Of a DNA stretch of 64,000 bases, positions 24,634-32,546 are shown one piece after another; position 1 is the stretch's first letter; each line of letters starts with the position of its first letter. The stretch is from an uncultured Gammaproteobacteria bacterium (lineage in GTDB: Bacteria > Patescibacteriota > Microgenomatia > Daviesbacterales > UBA10151), in assembly GCA_964636275.1 (NCBI GenBank), contig CAZWRN010000001.1, positions 22,070 to 86,069 on the forward strand, in the 5' to 3' direction. Position numbers and translations under genes: made by a program. Below the pieces are notes generated by a model. It searched no databases. It saw nothing but the letters and a program-made list of their open reading frames with translations, and was not told the DNA's origin.

Positions 24634-25113
24634 TTACTTAAGACCTTTAACAACTCTTTCAACTTCGTCTTCGGTGACCTTAATCAAGCGAAAATAAACT
24701 CGCTGATGCTCTATGAGGGTTTTAATATGTTTTTCCTCTGGTGTCAAGGCAGCACTTGTTCCCGACTTCACTTCGATGAAATCAATTCTTTCCCCATTTT
24801 TGACTCCAACAAAATCAATTGGCCATCCTAAAGGAATAATTCGGTCATAATCATAACGAAGTTCAGCATACGTTAAAAGTTCAGCCATCTTGCCCTTTTG
24901 TGGATTGATCGATCCCTGAATGGTCTGAAGTACCCTAACTGGCAGATTATTTACCTGTTGATAAAGGTCAATAAAATCCTGTGGGATATCTGTACGTGGT
25001 TTGGCTTGGAGTCTGCCAATTAAATAAGCGATGATTAATCCTAAAATAATAAACCCGATAGTAACCCAGTTAAATTCCATGATTAAGAATAATCCAATAA
25101 CCCGATAAACCAA
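24634..25113 (-). CDS. Membrane-anchored PD-(D/E)xK nuclease, Hjc-like (archaeal-type Holliday junction resolvase fold)
   Basis: N-terminal TM WVTIGFIILGLIIAYLIG; the core AEL...PIDFVGVKNGERIDFIEVKSG parallels Hjc AERE...KVDLVAGNGKKYLCIEVK (Glu, Asp, E-V-K catalytic triad). Confidence 0.55.
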   Translation of the reverse strand: MVYRVIGLFLIMEFNWVTIGFIILGLIIAYLIGRLQAKPRTDIPQDFIDLYQQVNNLPVRVLQTIQGSINPQKGKMAELLTYAELRYDYDRIIPLGWPIDFVGVKNGERIDFIEVKSGTSAALTPEEKHIKTLIEHQRVYFRLIKVTEDEVERVVKGLK

Positions 25114-25165
25114 TGCCCAATTTCCAATTATTGGAGTCTGGTTTATTTGGAGATTTGTTTATTAG
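25086..25165. repeat. CCAAT-rich palindromic element, copy B
   Basis: aataatCCAATaacccgataaaCCAATgcccaatttCCAATtattggagtctggtttatttggagatttgtttatt, alignable with copy A over about 80 bp. Confidence 0.7.
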
Positions 25166-25169
25166 GCTA

Positions 25170-25382
25170 TTATACAGTATTGAGTTATCCCGAGAGTTAT
25201 CAACAAGGCTGGTGAATATAAACTTTATTATTTATATACAGTAATGGTATTTATAGGGGGTGTGAATAAGTATATAACTTAGTATTTTAGCTTCACTTTT
25301 CGGATAATTTTGGTGTTGAAAAGCGGTGGATAATTGTGGATAACTTGGTGGATAAGTTGGGGATAAATTGTTGATAAGTAGT
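25170..25382. promoter_or_regulatory. oriC: oriC core: DnaA-box cluster plus an AT-rich unwinding-element candidate
   Basis: TTATCCCGA (25186-25194) and TTATCAACA (25198-25206) on the plus strand; AT-rich stretch 25207-25300; then on the minus strand TTATCCACC (25325-25333), perfect TTATCCACA (25335-25343), TTATCCACC (25347-25355) and weaker GGGGATAAA / TTGATAAG. Confidence 0.75.
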
Positions 25383-26729
25383 TCATCCGGCTAAATTTTG
25401 CTTTATTTCCATTACAACTCTTTGGATTTCTCTGTCTCTTGAGATAGCTGACTTGATCTTATCCACACCGTGCATAACTGTTGTATGGTCTCTACCACCC
25501 AAAACCTGGCCAATTTTTTCAAAAGGCATATTACATTCAGTTTGCATCAGGTACATGGCTATTTGGCGAGGCATGACGAGCTCTTTTTGTCTTCTGGGGC
25601 CGGTAATATCTGCCATTTTGAGATTGAAATAATCGTTTACTGTCGACAACAGTTTTTTATGGTCAACCTTCTGGTTTTGATTTAGCTGTGGTCCCCCCAA
25701 GTATCTTGAAACAAATTCAATAGTCGGTTCTTGATTCATCAGCTTACTAGTTTCTAATATTTGTATCAGCTTTCCTTCTAGTTCCCGAGTGTTGGATTGA
25801 ATTGATTCAGCAATTAAGGTTAGGCTTTCTTCAGGTAGTGTTTGTCCTTTCTCTACTAGCTTAGCTTTTAAGATGGCTACTCTGGTTTCAAAATCAGGGA
25901 GTTGGAGATCGACCATAAGACCACCTTGAAATCGAGATCTTAAACGGTCTTCGAGTTTGGTTAGTTCATTTGGTGGACGATCAGATGTAAGGACTATTTG
26001 GGCGTTTTTGGTGTGAAGTTCATTAAAAGTATGGAAAAATTCTTCCTGGAATGAATCTTTGCCGGCGATAAATTGAATATCGTCAACTAAAAGACAGTCA
26101 CAGTCTCGATATTTTTGACGAAAAGCGGTTGTACCTTTTCTTTGAATTGATTCAACGAAATCGTTTAAAAATCTTTCTGATGAGACAAACACCAGTTTGG
26201 CTCGAGGGTTTTTTTCTAATATAGCGTTGCCAATGGCATGCATGAGATGGGTCTTCCCTACTCCAGATGGTCCATACATAAAGAATGGATTATATGATTG
26301 GCCTGGATTTTGAATAATTGCTTGGGCTGCAGCGAAAGCTAAATTGTTGGTCGGTCCGACAACAAAATTTTGAATAGTGTATTTTTTATTCAAGGCGGTA
26401 GTTGGTTTTGGTGCCCCAGGCATTTCTATAGTAAAGAGGTCGTCATCTTCTTCTGTTTGGATGATATTTTTTTTATTGTCTAAAGACGGGTCGATAGTGT
26501 AGGAGATTGTCAGCGTGTCGCCTATGACAGCCTGGATTGATTCGTTGAGTACCGGGCCATAACGCAATAATTGTTGCCCTTTGACAAAAGCTGACGGAAC
26601 GGCTAAAACGATCTCGTTGTTTTCGATCTTGCGAGCTTCGGTTTTACCAAACCAGGTTCTAAAATTGTGGGCATCCAGTTTTTGTTTGAGCTGAGCTTGG
26701 ATTTTTTGCCAGGTTGCTTGAGGGTCCAT
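25383..26729 (-). CDS. dnaA: Chromosomal replication initiator DnaA
   Basis: Walker A GPSGVGKTHLMHAIGN, Walker B LLVDDIQFIAGK, C-terminal DNA-binding MPRQIAMYLMQTECNMPFEKIGQVLGGRDHTTVMHGVDKI; ATG at 26729 (MDPQATWQKIQ...) preferred over the GTG-extended track start. Confidence 0.95.
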   Translation of the reverse strand: MDPQATWQKIQAQLKQKLDAHNFRTWFGKTEARKIENNEIVLAVPSAFVKGQQLLRYGPVLNESIQAVIGDTLTISYTIDPSLDNKKNIIQTEEDDDLFTIEMPGAPKPTTALNKKYTIQNFVVGPTNNLAFAAAQAIIQNPGQSYNPFFMYGPSGVGKTHLMHAIGNAILEKNPRAKLVFVSSERFLNDFVESIQRKGTTAFRQKYRDCDCLLVDDIQFIAGKDSFQEEFFHTFNELHTKNAQIVLTSDRPPNELTKLEDRLRSRFQGGLMVDLQLPDFETRVAILKAKLVEKGQTLPEESLTLIAESIQSNTRELEGKLIQILETSKLMNQEPTIEFVSRYLGGPQLNQNQKVDHKKLLSTVNDYFNLKMADITGPRRQKELVMPRQIAMYLMQTECNMPFEKIGQVLGGRDHTTVMHGVDKIKSAISRDREIQRVVMEIKQNLAG

Positions 26730-26741
26730 GAGGCCAATACT

Positions 26742-26760
26742 AGTGGATAAGTTGTCCACA
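26742..26760. promoter_or_regulatory. Two DnaA boxes immediately upstream of the dnaA start (autoregulatory candidate)
   Basis: agTGGATAAgTTGTCCACA: TTATCCACT (26742-26750) and TTGTCCACA (26752-26760). Confidence 0.6.
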
Positions 26761-26949
26761 GAAAAGGGAGAGAAACTAGCAAGAAGTGTATCAGTAGATA
26801 ATTTACAATTTTCAATTTACAACTTACAGTTTTCAAATAAATTTAAATTCTTAGAATTTGTAAATTGTAATTTGATTACTAAATTGACAAATAGAAATTG
26901 AAAATTCTTCACTCTTGGTTTTTAGCTTCAACTAGGTTATAATGTACGC

Positions 26950-27090
26950 ATGTCAACCAAAAGAACCTATCAGCCAAAGAAACTTAAAAGAGTCAGAAAA
27001 CACGGTTTTCGTGCTCGTATGAGTACCGATTCAGGTAAAAAAGTCTTAGCTCGTCGTAGAGCAGTTGGACGCGCTAGTTTGAGTATCTAA
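26950..27090 (+). CDS. rpmH: 50S ribosomal protein L34
   Basis: Translation [46 protein letters not shown]; not in the ORF track because it is under 60 aa. Confidence 0.9.
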   Translation: MSTKRTYQPKKLKRVRKHGFRARMSTDSGKKVLARRRAVGRASLSI

Positions 27091-27097
27091 CTATTTC

Positions 27098-27424
27098 ATG
27101 CTTCCTAAACATCAAAGGCTCAATTTAAAAACTGATTTTTCCCGAGTTATCAAAGGCAGACGAATTGAAACTCCTCACTTTATCATTTACACCAAACCAA
27201 CCGCAGAAGAAATTATCCGGATTGGTATAAGTATCCGGACTAAAAATTTTGGCAAAGCTCACAATCGCAATCGGGCTCGGAGATTGACTTCAACAGCTAT
27301 TCAAACTATTTATGAAGTGATACCTCAAAAGCAGGATTTGATTATTATGCCAAAATCTGGTCTACTAGAGACTACGGTAGATGTTTTAGCAGAGGAGTTG
27401 AAGCATGTCTTGGCTGGCGGTTAA
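27098..27424 (+). CDS. rnpA: RNase P protein component
   Basis: MLPKHQRLNLKTDFSRVIKGRRIETPHFIIY..., canonical position after rpmH. Confidence 0.85.
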   Translation: MLPKHQRLNLKTDFSRVIKGRRIETPHFIIYTKPTAEEIIRIGISIRTKNFGKAHNRNRARRLTSTAIQTIYEVIPQKQDLIIMPKSGLLETTVDVLAEELKHVLAGG

Positions 27425-27605
27425 ATTAATTGAGTTTTACCAGTTGTTTTTATCCTTTGATACCGGTATATTGCGTTTTCTGGCTCCGGGAGGGGCATGT
27501 AAATATCCGATTCGGTGTTCTGAATATACTAAACAGCAGATCATACGGTACGGCGTATTTAAAGGGATTTACTTGGGAGGGTTAAGAATACTTTCATGCA
27601 GATAA
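27405..27605 (+). CDS. yidD: Membrane protein insertion efficiency factor YidD
   Basis: LAPGGACKYPIRCSEYTKQQIIRYGVFKGIYLGGLRILSC matches the YidD Cys-containing motif; sits between rnpA and yidC. Confidence 0.8.
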   Translation: MSWLAVKLIEFYQLFLSFDTGILRFLAPGGACKYPIRCSEYTKQQIIRYGVFKGIYLGGLRILSCR

Positions 27606-28435
27606 TAACATCACTTTTTGACACTATCTTTTTTGGCCCGATTGTTAATGTGTTGGTGCTTTTGGTGCGTGGCCTGGAAGGAATGGGCGTTCCAGGTGCT
27701 TTAGGAATTGCCATAATTGTCGTAACTATTTTAATTCGGATTTTGGTTTGGCCACTGATGGCAACTCAGCTGAAATCGGCCAAAAAATTGGCAGATTTAA
27801 AGCCACACATGGATGAGTTAAAGAAGAAACATAAAGATGACAAACAGGCTTTGGCTAAAGCCCAGATGGATCTTTATAAAGAACATGGTGTAAATCCGGC
27901 TGGAGGCTGTCTCCCCCTTTTGATTCAAATTCCGCCAATGATTGCTATCTACCAGGTCATCTATGCTTTCTTTGATGGAGATCATGGCCTCAACCGCATA
28001 AATGGGGTTTTATACAACCAGGACTGGGCTTTAAGCCAGGTCCCAAATTTGAATTTCTTTGGAATGAATCTGGCGGATAAGCCTTCAGATTTTGCTCGAG
28101 TTGGTCTGATTATTTTGATTGTTCCCCTCATAACTGCCGCTTTGCAATTGGTTCAATCACGTATGATGACCCCCAAGGCGGTTCCTGTAAATAAGAAAGA
28201 CTCAAAGAAAGAAAAGCAGGAAAAAGAATCAATGGAGGATGCTATGGCTTCGATGCAGGGGCAGATGATGTTTATCATGCCTTTAATGATGGGATATATT
28301 TCTTATACCTTCCCCATAGGTTTGGCATTGTATTTAAACACCCTGACTATCGTTGGGATCTGGCAACAATATCTGATCTCTGGTTGGGGCGGTCTGGAAG
28401 ACTGGGTCAAAAAACTTTTTCCGAACTCTAAATAA
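27596..28435 (+). CDS. yidC: Membrane protein insertase YidC (short form)
   Basis: 279-aa polytopic protein; VPGALGIAIIVVTILIRILVWPL motif; synteny. Confidence 0.85.
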   Translation: MQIITSLFDTIFFGPIVNVLVLLVRGLEGMGVPGALGIAIIVVTILIRILVWPLMATQLKSAKKLADLKPHMDELKKKHKDDKQALAKAQMDLYKEHGVNPAGGCLPLLIQIPPMIAIYQVIYAFFDGDHGLNRINGVLYNQDWALSQVPNLNFFGMNLADKPSDFARVGLIILIVPLITAALQLVQSRMMTPKAVPVNKKDSKKEKQEKESMEDAMASMQGQMMFIMPLMMGYISYTFPIGLALYLNTLTIVGIWQQYLISGWGGLEDWVKKLFPNSK

Positions 28436-28590
28436 CTCTTTATAATTAACAGTTGCTAATTTGTGCCTAATCTAATATACTTGCGTTCATAAGGACTTGT
28501 TCGTTTTTTGGAAAGAGTATTTTACCAAAAATCTCACAAAACCTTTCCTTTTAAAATCTGCCGATTTTAAGAGGAGAAAGATTTTAAAAC

Positions 28591-29037
28591 GTGGAAGAAA
28601 AAGTTTCCGAATTACTTGAAAATATTTTAGGTTTACTGGGTCTTGAAGGATCTTTTGAAGTGGAAGAAAAAGAGGATTCGATCTTTGTATCTATCGATAC
28701 CAACGAACCAGGTAAACTGATTGGTAAAATGGGTGAAACTCTGGCTGCTTTACAGTTGATTCTCAATTTAGCATTATCCCGATCGGTTGGGATGGAAAAC
28801 TCCAAGAGAGTGGTTGTCGATGTGTCTGATTGGAGAAAAAGTAAAGAAGAGGATTTAGCTCACAAAGCACGAGGTTGGGCTGAGCAGGTTTTAGAAACCA
28901 AAGAGCCGATGGAATTACAGCCGATGCCAGCCTGGCAACGACGAATTGTTCATATGACTATTGAACAAACTGCTGGTGTAAAATCTGAAAGTGCTGGTGA
29001 AGGTGCGGAACGTCATTTGATCATCTCCCCTGAATGA
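28591..29037 (+). CDS. jag: Jag/KhpB-like RNA-binding protein (KH plus R3H)
   Basis: C-terminal R3H WQRRIVHMTIEQTAGVKSESAGEGAERHLIISP; GTG start; synteny after yidC. Confidence 0.8.
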   Translation: MEEKVSELLENILGLLGLEGSFEVEEKEDSIFVSIDTNEPGKLIGKMGETLAALQLILNLALSRSVGMENSKRVVVDVSDWRKSKEEDLAHKARGWAEQVLETKEPMELQPMPAWQRRIVHMTIEQTAGVKSESAGEGAERHLIISPE

Positions 29038-30260
29038 AGATCTTAAATCGGTTGAAGGCATTCTCGCCTGCTTCCCTTGAAAGATGGTTTTTTTCTTTAT
29101 CAATTATTCTACTTCCTTCCCAACTAGGTAAACATTTTTGGCCCGATTGGAGCTACGTATTTTCATTAAAAATTGATTATTTGGCTATAACCATCTATTT
29201 TTGGGATATACTGGTGGTTTTTTTGTGGATTTTGTATTTGACAAGACCAAGATTAAACTTAAAGGCGGCTAGTTTATCTGGTATTTTTTTATTTACAGCC
29301 AGTATATCGATGTTTTTTTCAGACAATTGGCAAGTCGGATTTTCCAGATTGATCAATTGGATACCGGCTGGGTTGTTTGGTATATATATTGCTTCTATTT
29401 CGAGTGCAGAATTAATTAAAAATTTACAGAAATGGCTACCTGTAAGTGTTGTTCTGTCTGCACTGATAGCTTTTTTGCAGGTCATAACTGGTGCTGATGT
29501 CGGGTTGTGGATACTGGGAGAAAGAAATTTTTCGTTGAATACAACCAACATAGCCACTTTTAACTGGTATGGCGAGGTTTTTTTACGGCCATATGCTACA
29601 TTTGCTCACCCCAATGTTTTTGCAGCCTACATGTTGCTATCAGGAATGATTTTGGTGTTTTTATCCGGGATTAAAACCTCATTGCAAAAAATTTATCAGC
29701 TGTTGGTTGCGGCCTCAGTACTAGTAAGTTTTTCTCGAGCCTCTGTAGCTATTTATATCTCTTTAGTTTTGTTCCTGCTACGAAAACAGCTACTCATTCT
29801 AACAATGCTTTTTTTGCTTTTCTCACCATTTTTGTTTATTAGATTTGATTCAGCATTTAATTTTGATAGATTGTCACTCATTCGACGCGAGGAACTGGCA
29901 GAAACTGCAATTGTAATATTTACTAAAAATCCCTTATTTGGAGTGGGTTTGAACAACTTTATACCTGAGGCGATGTCTTCTGCTTTTATATCCGGGACCA
30001 ATCGCTTTTTGCAGCCTGTACACAATATATTTCTACTTGTACTGGTAGAATCAGGATTAATTGGTCTGATTGGATTTTTGTTGTTTTTATTTGGGCCGAT
30101 ATTGCTGCATAAACCTTCAAATTTATTAACTAAATCGCAAGGGGTCGGTTTATTGCTGATTATTATATTTTTGGGGATGGTTGACCACTATTTTTTAACT
30201 TTACCTCAAGGGCAGCGCGTTCTTTTTTTAGTTTGGGGTCTGTTATTGGCGAGAAAATGA
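29034..30260 (+). CDS. O-antigen ligase-like (Wzy_C) polytopic membrane protein
   Basis: About 10 TM helices with a loop containing RPYATFAHPNVFAAYMLL, typical of the O-antigen ligase family. Confidence 0.55.
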   Translation: MKILNRLKAFSPASLERWFFSLSIILLPSQLGKHFWPDWSYVFSLKIDYLAITIYFWDILVVFLWILYLTRPRLNLKAASLSGIFLFTASISMFFSDNWQVGFSRLINWIPAGLFGIYIASISSAELIKNLQKWLPVSVVLSALIAFLQVITGADVGLWILGERNFSLNTTNIATFNWYGEVFLRPYATFAHPNVFAAYMLLSGMILVFLSGIKTSLQKIYQLLVAASVLVSFSRASVAIYISLVLFLLRKQLLILTMLFLLFSPFLFIRFDSAFNFDRLSLIRREELAETAIVIFTKNPLFGVGLNNFIPEAMSSAFISGTNRFLQPVHNIFLLVLVESGLIGLIGFLLFLFGPILLHKPSNLLTKSQGVGLLLIIIFLGMVDHYFLTLPQGQRVLFLVWGLLLARK

Positions 30261-30290
30261 GTAATCTGATAATTTGTTACAATTACTGGC

Positions 30291-31511
30291 ATGGAAACTA
30301 TAAAAAAAATAATCCATCAGGTGAGTTGGCAAATGGGATCAAAGATTTTAACAGCCGCTTCCACCATCGCTACACTGTCATTCGTTACCAGATCATTTGG
30401 TGAGACTGGTACTGGAGTATACACTCTGGCTTTGACATACCTTGCCTTTTTTTACTTAGCAGCGGATCTTGGTTTGAACGGGTTTTATTTAAGTAGTTAT
30501 CGTGATGATCCTCTATTACCCAATAAATTGTTTAATTTCCGGCTGATTTGGAGCTTTTTATTAATACTGATTGCGTTAGGGCTACTCCCTTTTTTGCCTT
30601 TTTCAACCACCCCGTTTATCTTGACGGTAATTATTGGTGCTACAAGTATACTCTTTAACGGTTTTTACAATTCAGCCAACTTTGTTTTCCAGCATGAGTT
30701 GGCTTATTCTAAATCCTCAATTGCTTTAGCCGCGGGATCATTGATGAGTCTGGCTGTTGCAGTGGTATTTTATACTCTCCAAATGCCTGTTTATATATTC
30801 GTACTGGCGCCTCTTGCGGGGTGGATGTTAACTGCTTTTTTGTGCTGGATATTTGTTAAGCGTTATTATCAGATTAAGCTTGCGAAAATAGATTTAATGT
30901 TTCCGGTTGAGACTTTAAAAATAGCCTGGCCCGTAGCCGCTACTTTGGTCATCAACACACTTTATTTTCGGATAGATGCTTTTATACTTTCATCAACCCA
31001 GTCCTTTGCAGTTACTGGAGCTTACAATTTAGCCTATGCTGTTTTTCAAAATTTATTGGTTATCCCAGCTTTTATAATGAATGGGTACTACCCTCTTATG
31101 CTGAGGTCCTTGAGGGAAAATACGTATCAGTTTTACCTTCATCTTAATAATGCAGTTTTTATAATGCTTGGTTTAGGGATTGTCGGGGCGGTTGGTTTAT
31201 TTGTTTTCTCGGATATTTTTATTGACCTTTTGACTGGCGGTGGATTTAAAGATTCAGTTGTGACACTGCATATTTTAGCTACTTCACTCCCCGCTTTCTT
31301 TTTATCAGCTCTTTTGATGTGGGTATTGATGGCAAAAAAGATGTATAGACAGTTATTAGCAGTTTATTTGACAGCTTTGCTTTTTAACTTTAGTGCAAAT
31401 TGGTATTTAATCCCTCTTTATTCGTATCAGGCGGCGGCTTGGGTGACAGTTGGTGGTGAATATTTAATTTTAGTGTTACAGCTTTTTACGCTTTATCGGC
31501 ATAGAAGTTAG
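30291..31511 (+). CDS. Polysaccharide biosynthesis flippase (Wzx/MOP superfamily)
   Basis: 406 aa with about 12 TM helices; adjacent to the ligase-like gene. Confidence 0.55.
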   Translation: METIKKIIHQVSWQMGSKILTAASTIATLSFVTRSFGETGTGVYTLALTYLAFFYLAADLGLNGFYLSSYRDDPLLPNKLFNFRLIWSFLLILIALGLLPFLPFSTTPFILTVIIGATSILFNGFYNSANFVFQHELAYSKSSIALAAGSLMSLAVAVVFYTLQMPVYIFVLAPLAGWMLTAFLCWIFVKRYYQIKLAKIDLMFPVETLKIAWPVAATLVINTLYFRIDAFILSSTQSFAVTGAYNLAYAVFQNLLVIPAFIMNGYYPLMLRSLRENTYQFYLHLNNAVFIMLGLGIVGAVGLFVFSDIFIDLLTGGGFKDSVVTLHILATSLPAFFLSALLMWVLMAKKMYRQLLAVYLTALLFNFSANWYLIPLYSYQAAAWVTVGGEYLILVLQLFTLYRHRS

Positions 31512-31579
31512 AAATTTATCAACTAAATTTTTCTATCTTCAAAACAGATCGCCAATCTTCTATCATCTACATTCAAGAT

Positions 31580-31996
31580 ATGGATTTAATTATTTATACA
31601 GATGGTGCATCTCGGGGTAATCCAGGTGATGCATCATACGGATATATTATTTATGCCAGAGGGGGAGAAATTCTTCGACAAGAAGGAAAAGTGCTAGGTG
31701 TGACTACCAATAATGTGGCGGAGTATACAGCGGTTTTAGCAGCGTATCAGTATATCTTAAACAAATGGGGAAATGAAAATTCTTTAAAAATTGAGTTACG
31801 AGCTGATTCCCGGCTTGTAATAGAGCAGCTTGCGGGAAGATTTAAAATCAAAAGCCCACATCTAATTGAAATATTTAAACAAATTAAACAAATTGAATCT
31901 AAGTTAGGACTAATTCACTATAAACATGTTCCCAGGGCGGAAAATTTTATAGCAGATAGATTGGCAAATCAGGCTCTTGACGCACAACTAACATGA
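31580..31996 (+). CDS. rnhA: Ribonuclease HI
   Basis: IIYTDGASRGNPGDASYGYII, plus the C-terminal HVPRAENFIADRLANQA. Confidence 0.85.
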   Translation: MDLIIYTDGASRGNPGDASYGYIIYARGGEILRQEGKVLGVTTNNVAEYTAVLAAYQYILNKWGNENSLKIELRADSRLVIEQLAGRFKIKSPHLIEIFKQIKQIESKLGLIHYKHVPRAENFIADRLANQALDAQLT

Positions 31997-32496
31997 GAGA
32001 ATCACGTTTATATCTGCAGTTTATTAGGGATTTTGGCCTACTGTTTGTTTTGTTTGGTCTTATTGGTTTAATAATTGCTTTTTATCTACTTAAACAACAA
32101 CCTACAGTTTATGTCAGTGAAAGAATGTATGAATTTGATTACTCAGTGGAAAATGCCGCTACTGTTGAAAAACAATCTGAAGAAGTCGTAACAATCCTTA
32201 GATCACCTCAGTTAAAAGAAGAGCTACGGTTGTCTTCTTCAGATATAGCGATATACAAACCAGGTCCGTTTTCCATTGCTCTTCAAACAAAAGATCCTAA
32301 TGCTGAAAAATCGATGAGCAATTTAGTTGTTTTATCCGGTTATCTGACGGGAAAATACCAAGTAAACCAGGTTGGAAAAGAAATTTTTTTTGTTGAGCCC
32401 AAGCCCTACTTTAAGTATTTTATCGCTGGAATAGTACTTGCAGAATTGGTGGCCTTACTCTTTTCACTGACAATATCCTATTTTAAACGGTACTAA
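31993..32496 (+). CDS. Hypothetical membrane protein (N- and C-terminal TM helices)
   Basis: TM LLFVLFGLIGLIIAFYLL and TM FIAGIVLAELVALLFSLTI. Confidence 0.4.
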   Translation: MRESRLYLQFIRDFGLLFVLFGLIGLIIAFYLLKQQPTVYVSERMYEFDYSVENAATVEKQSEEVVTILRSPQLKEELRLSSSDIAIYKPGPFSIALQTKDPNAEKSMSNLVVLSGYLTGKYQVNQVGKEIFFVEPKPYFKYFIAGIVLAELVALLFSLTISYFKRY

Positions 32497-32546
32497 ACAT
32501 TCCTCCTCGGCTGGTAATTCTTCACGTTTGGGGCTACAATTTATAT

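Noticed and set aside
24482-24831. Two plus-strand ORFs (24482-24697 and 24625-24831) in the dnaN-dnaA interval
   Set aside because: They overlap the CCAAT palindromic element and the better-supported minus-strand Hjc-like gene, and their translations are low-complexity.
25383-26759. GTG-initiated, 10-codon-longer dnaA start from the ORF track
   Set aside because: The extension overlaps two DnaA boxes, and the downstream ATG at 26729 gives a typical DnaA N-terminus (MDPQATWQKIQ).
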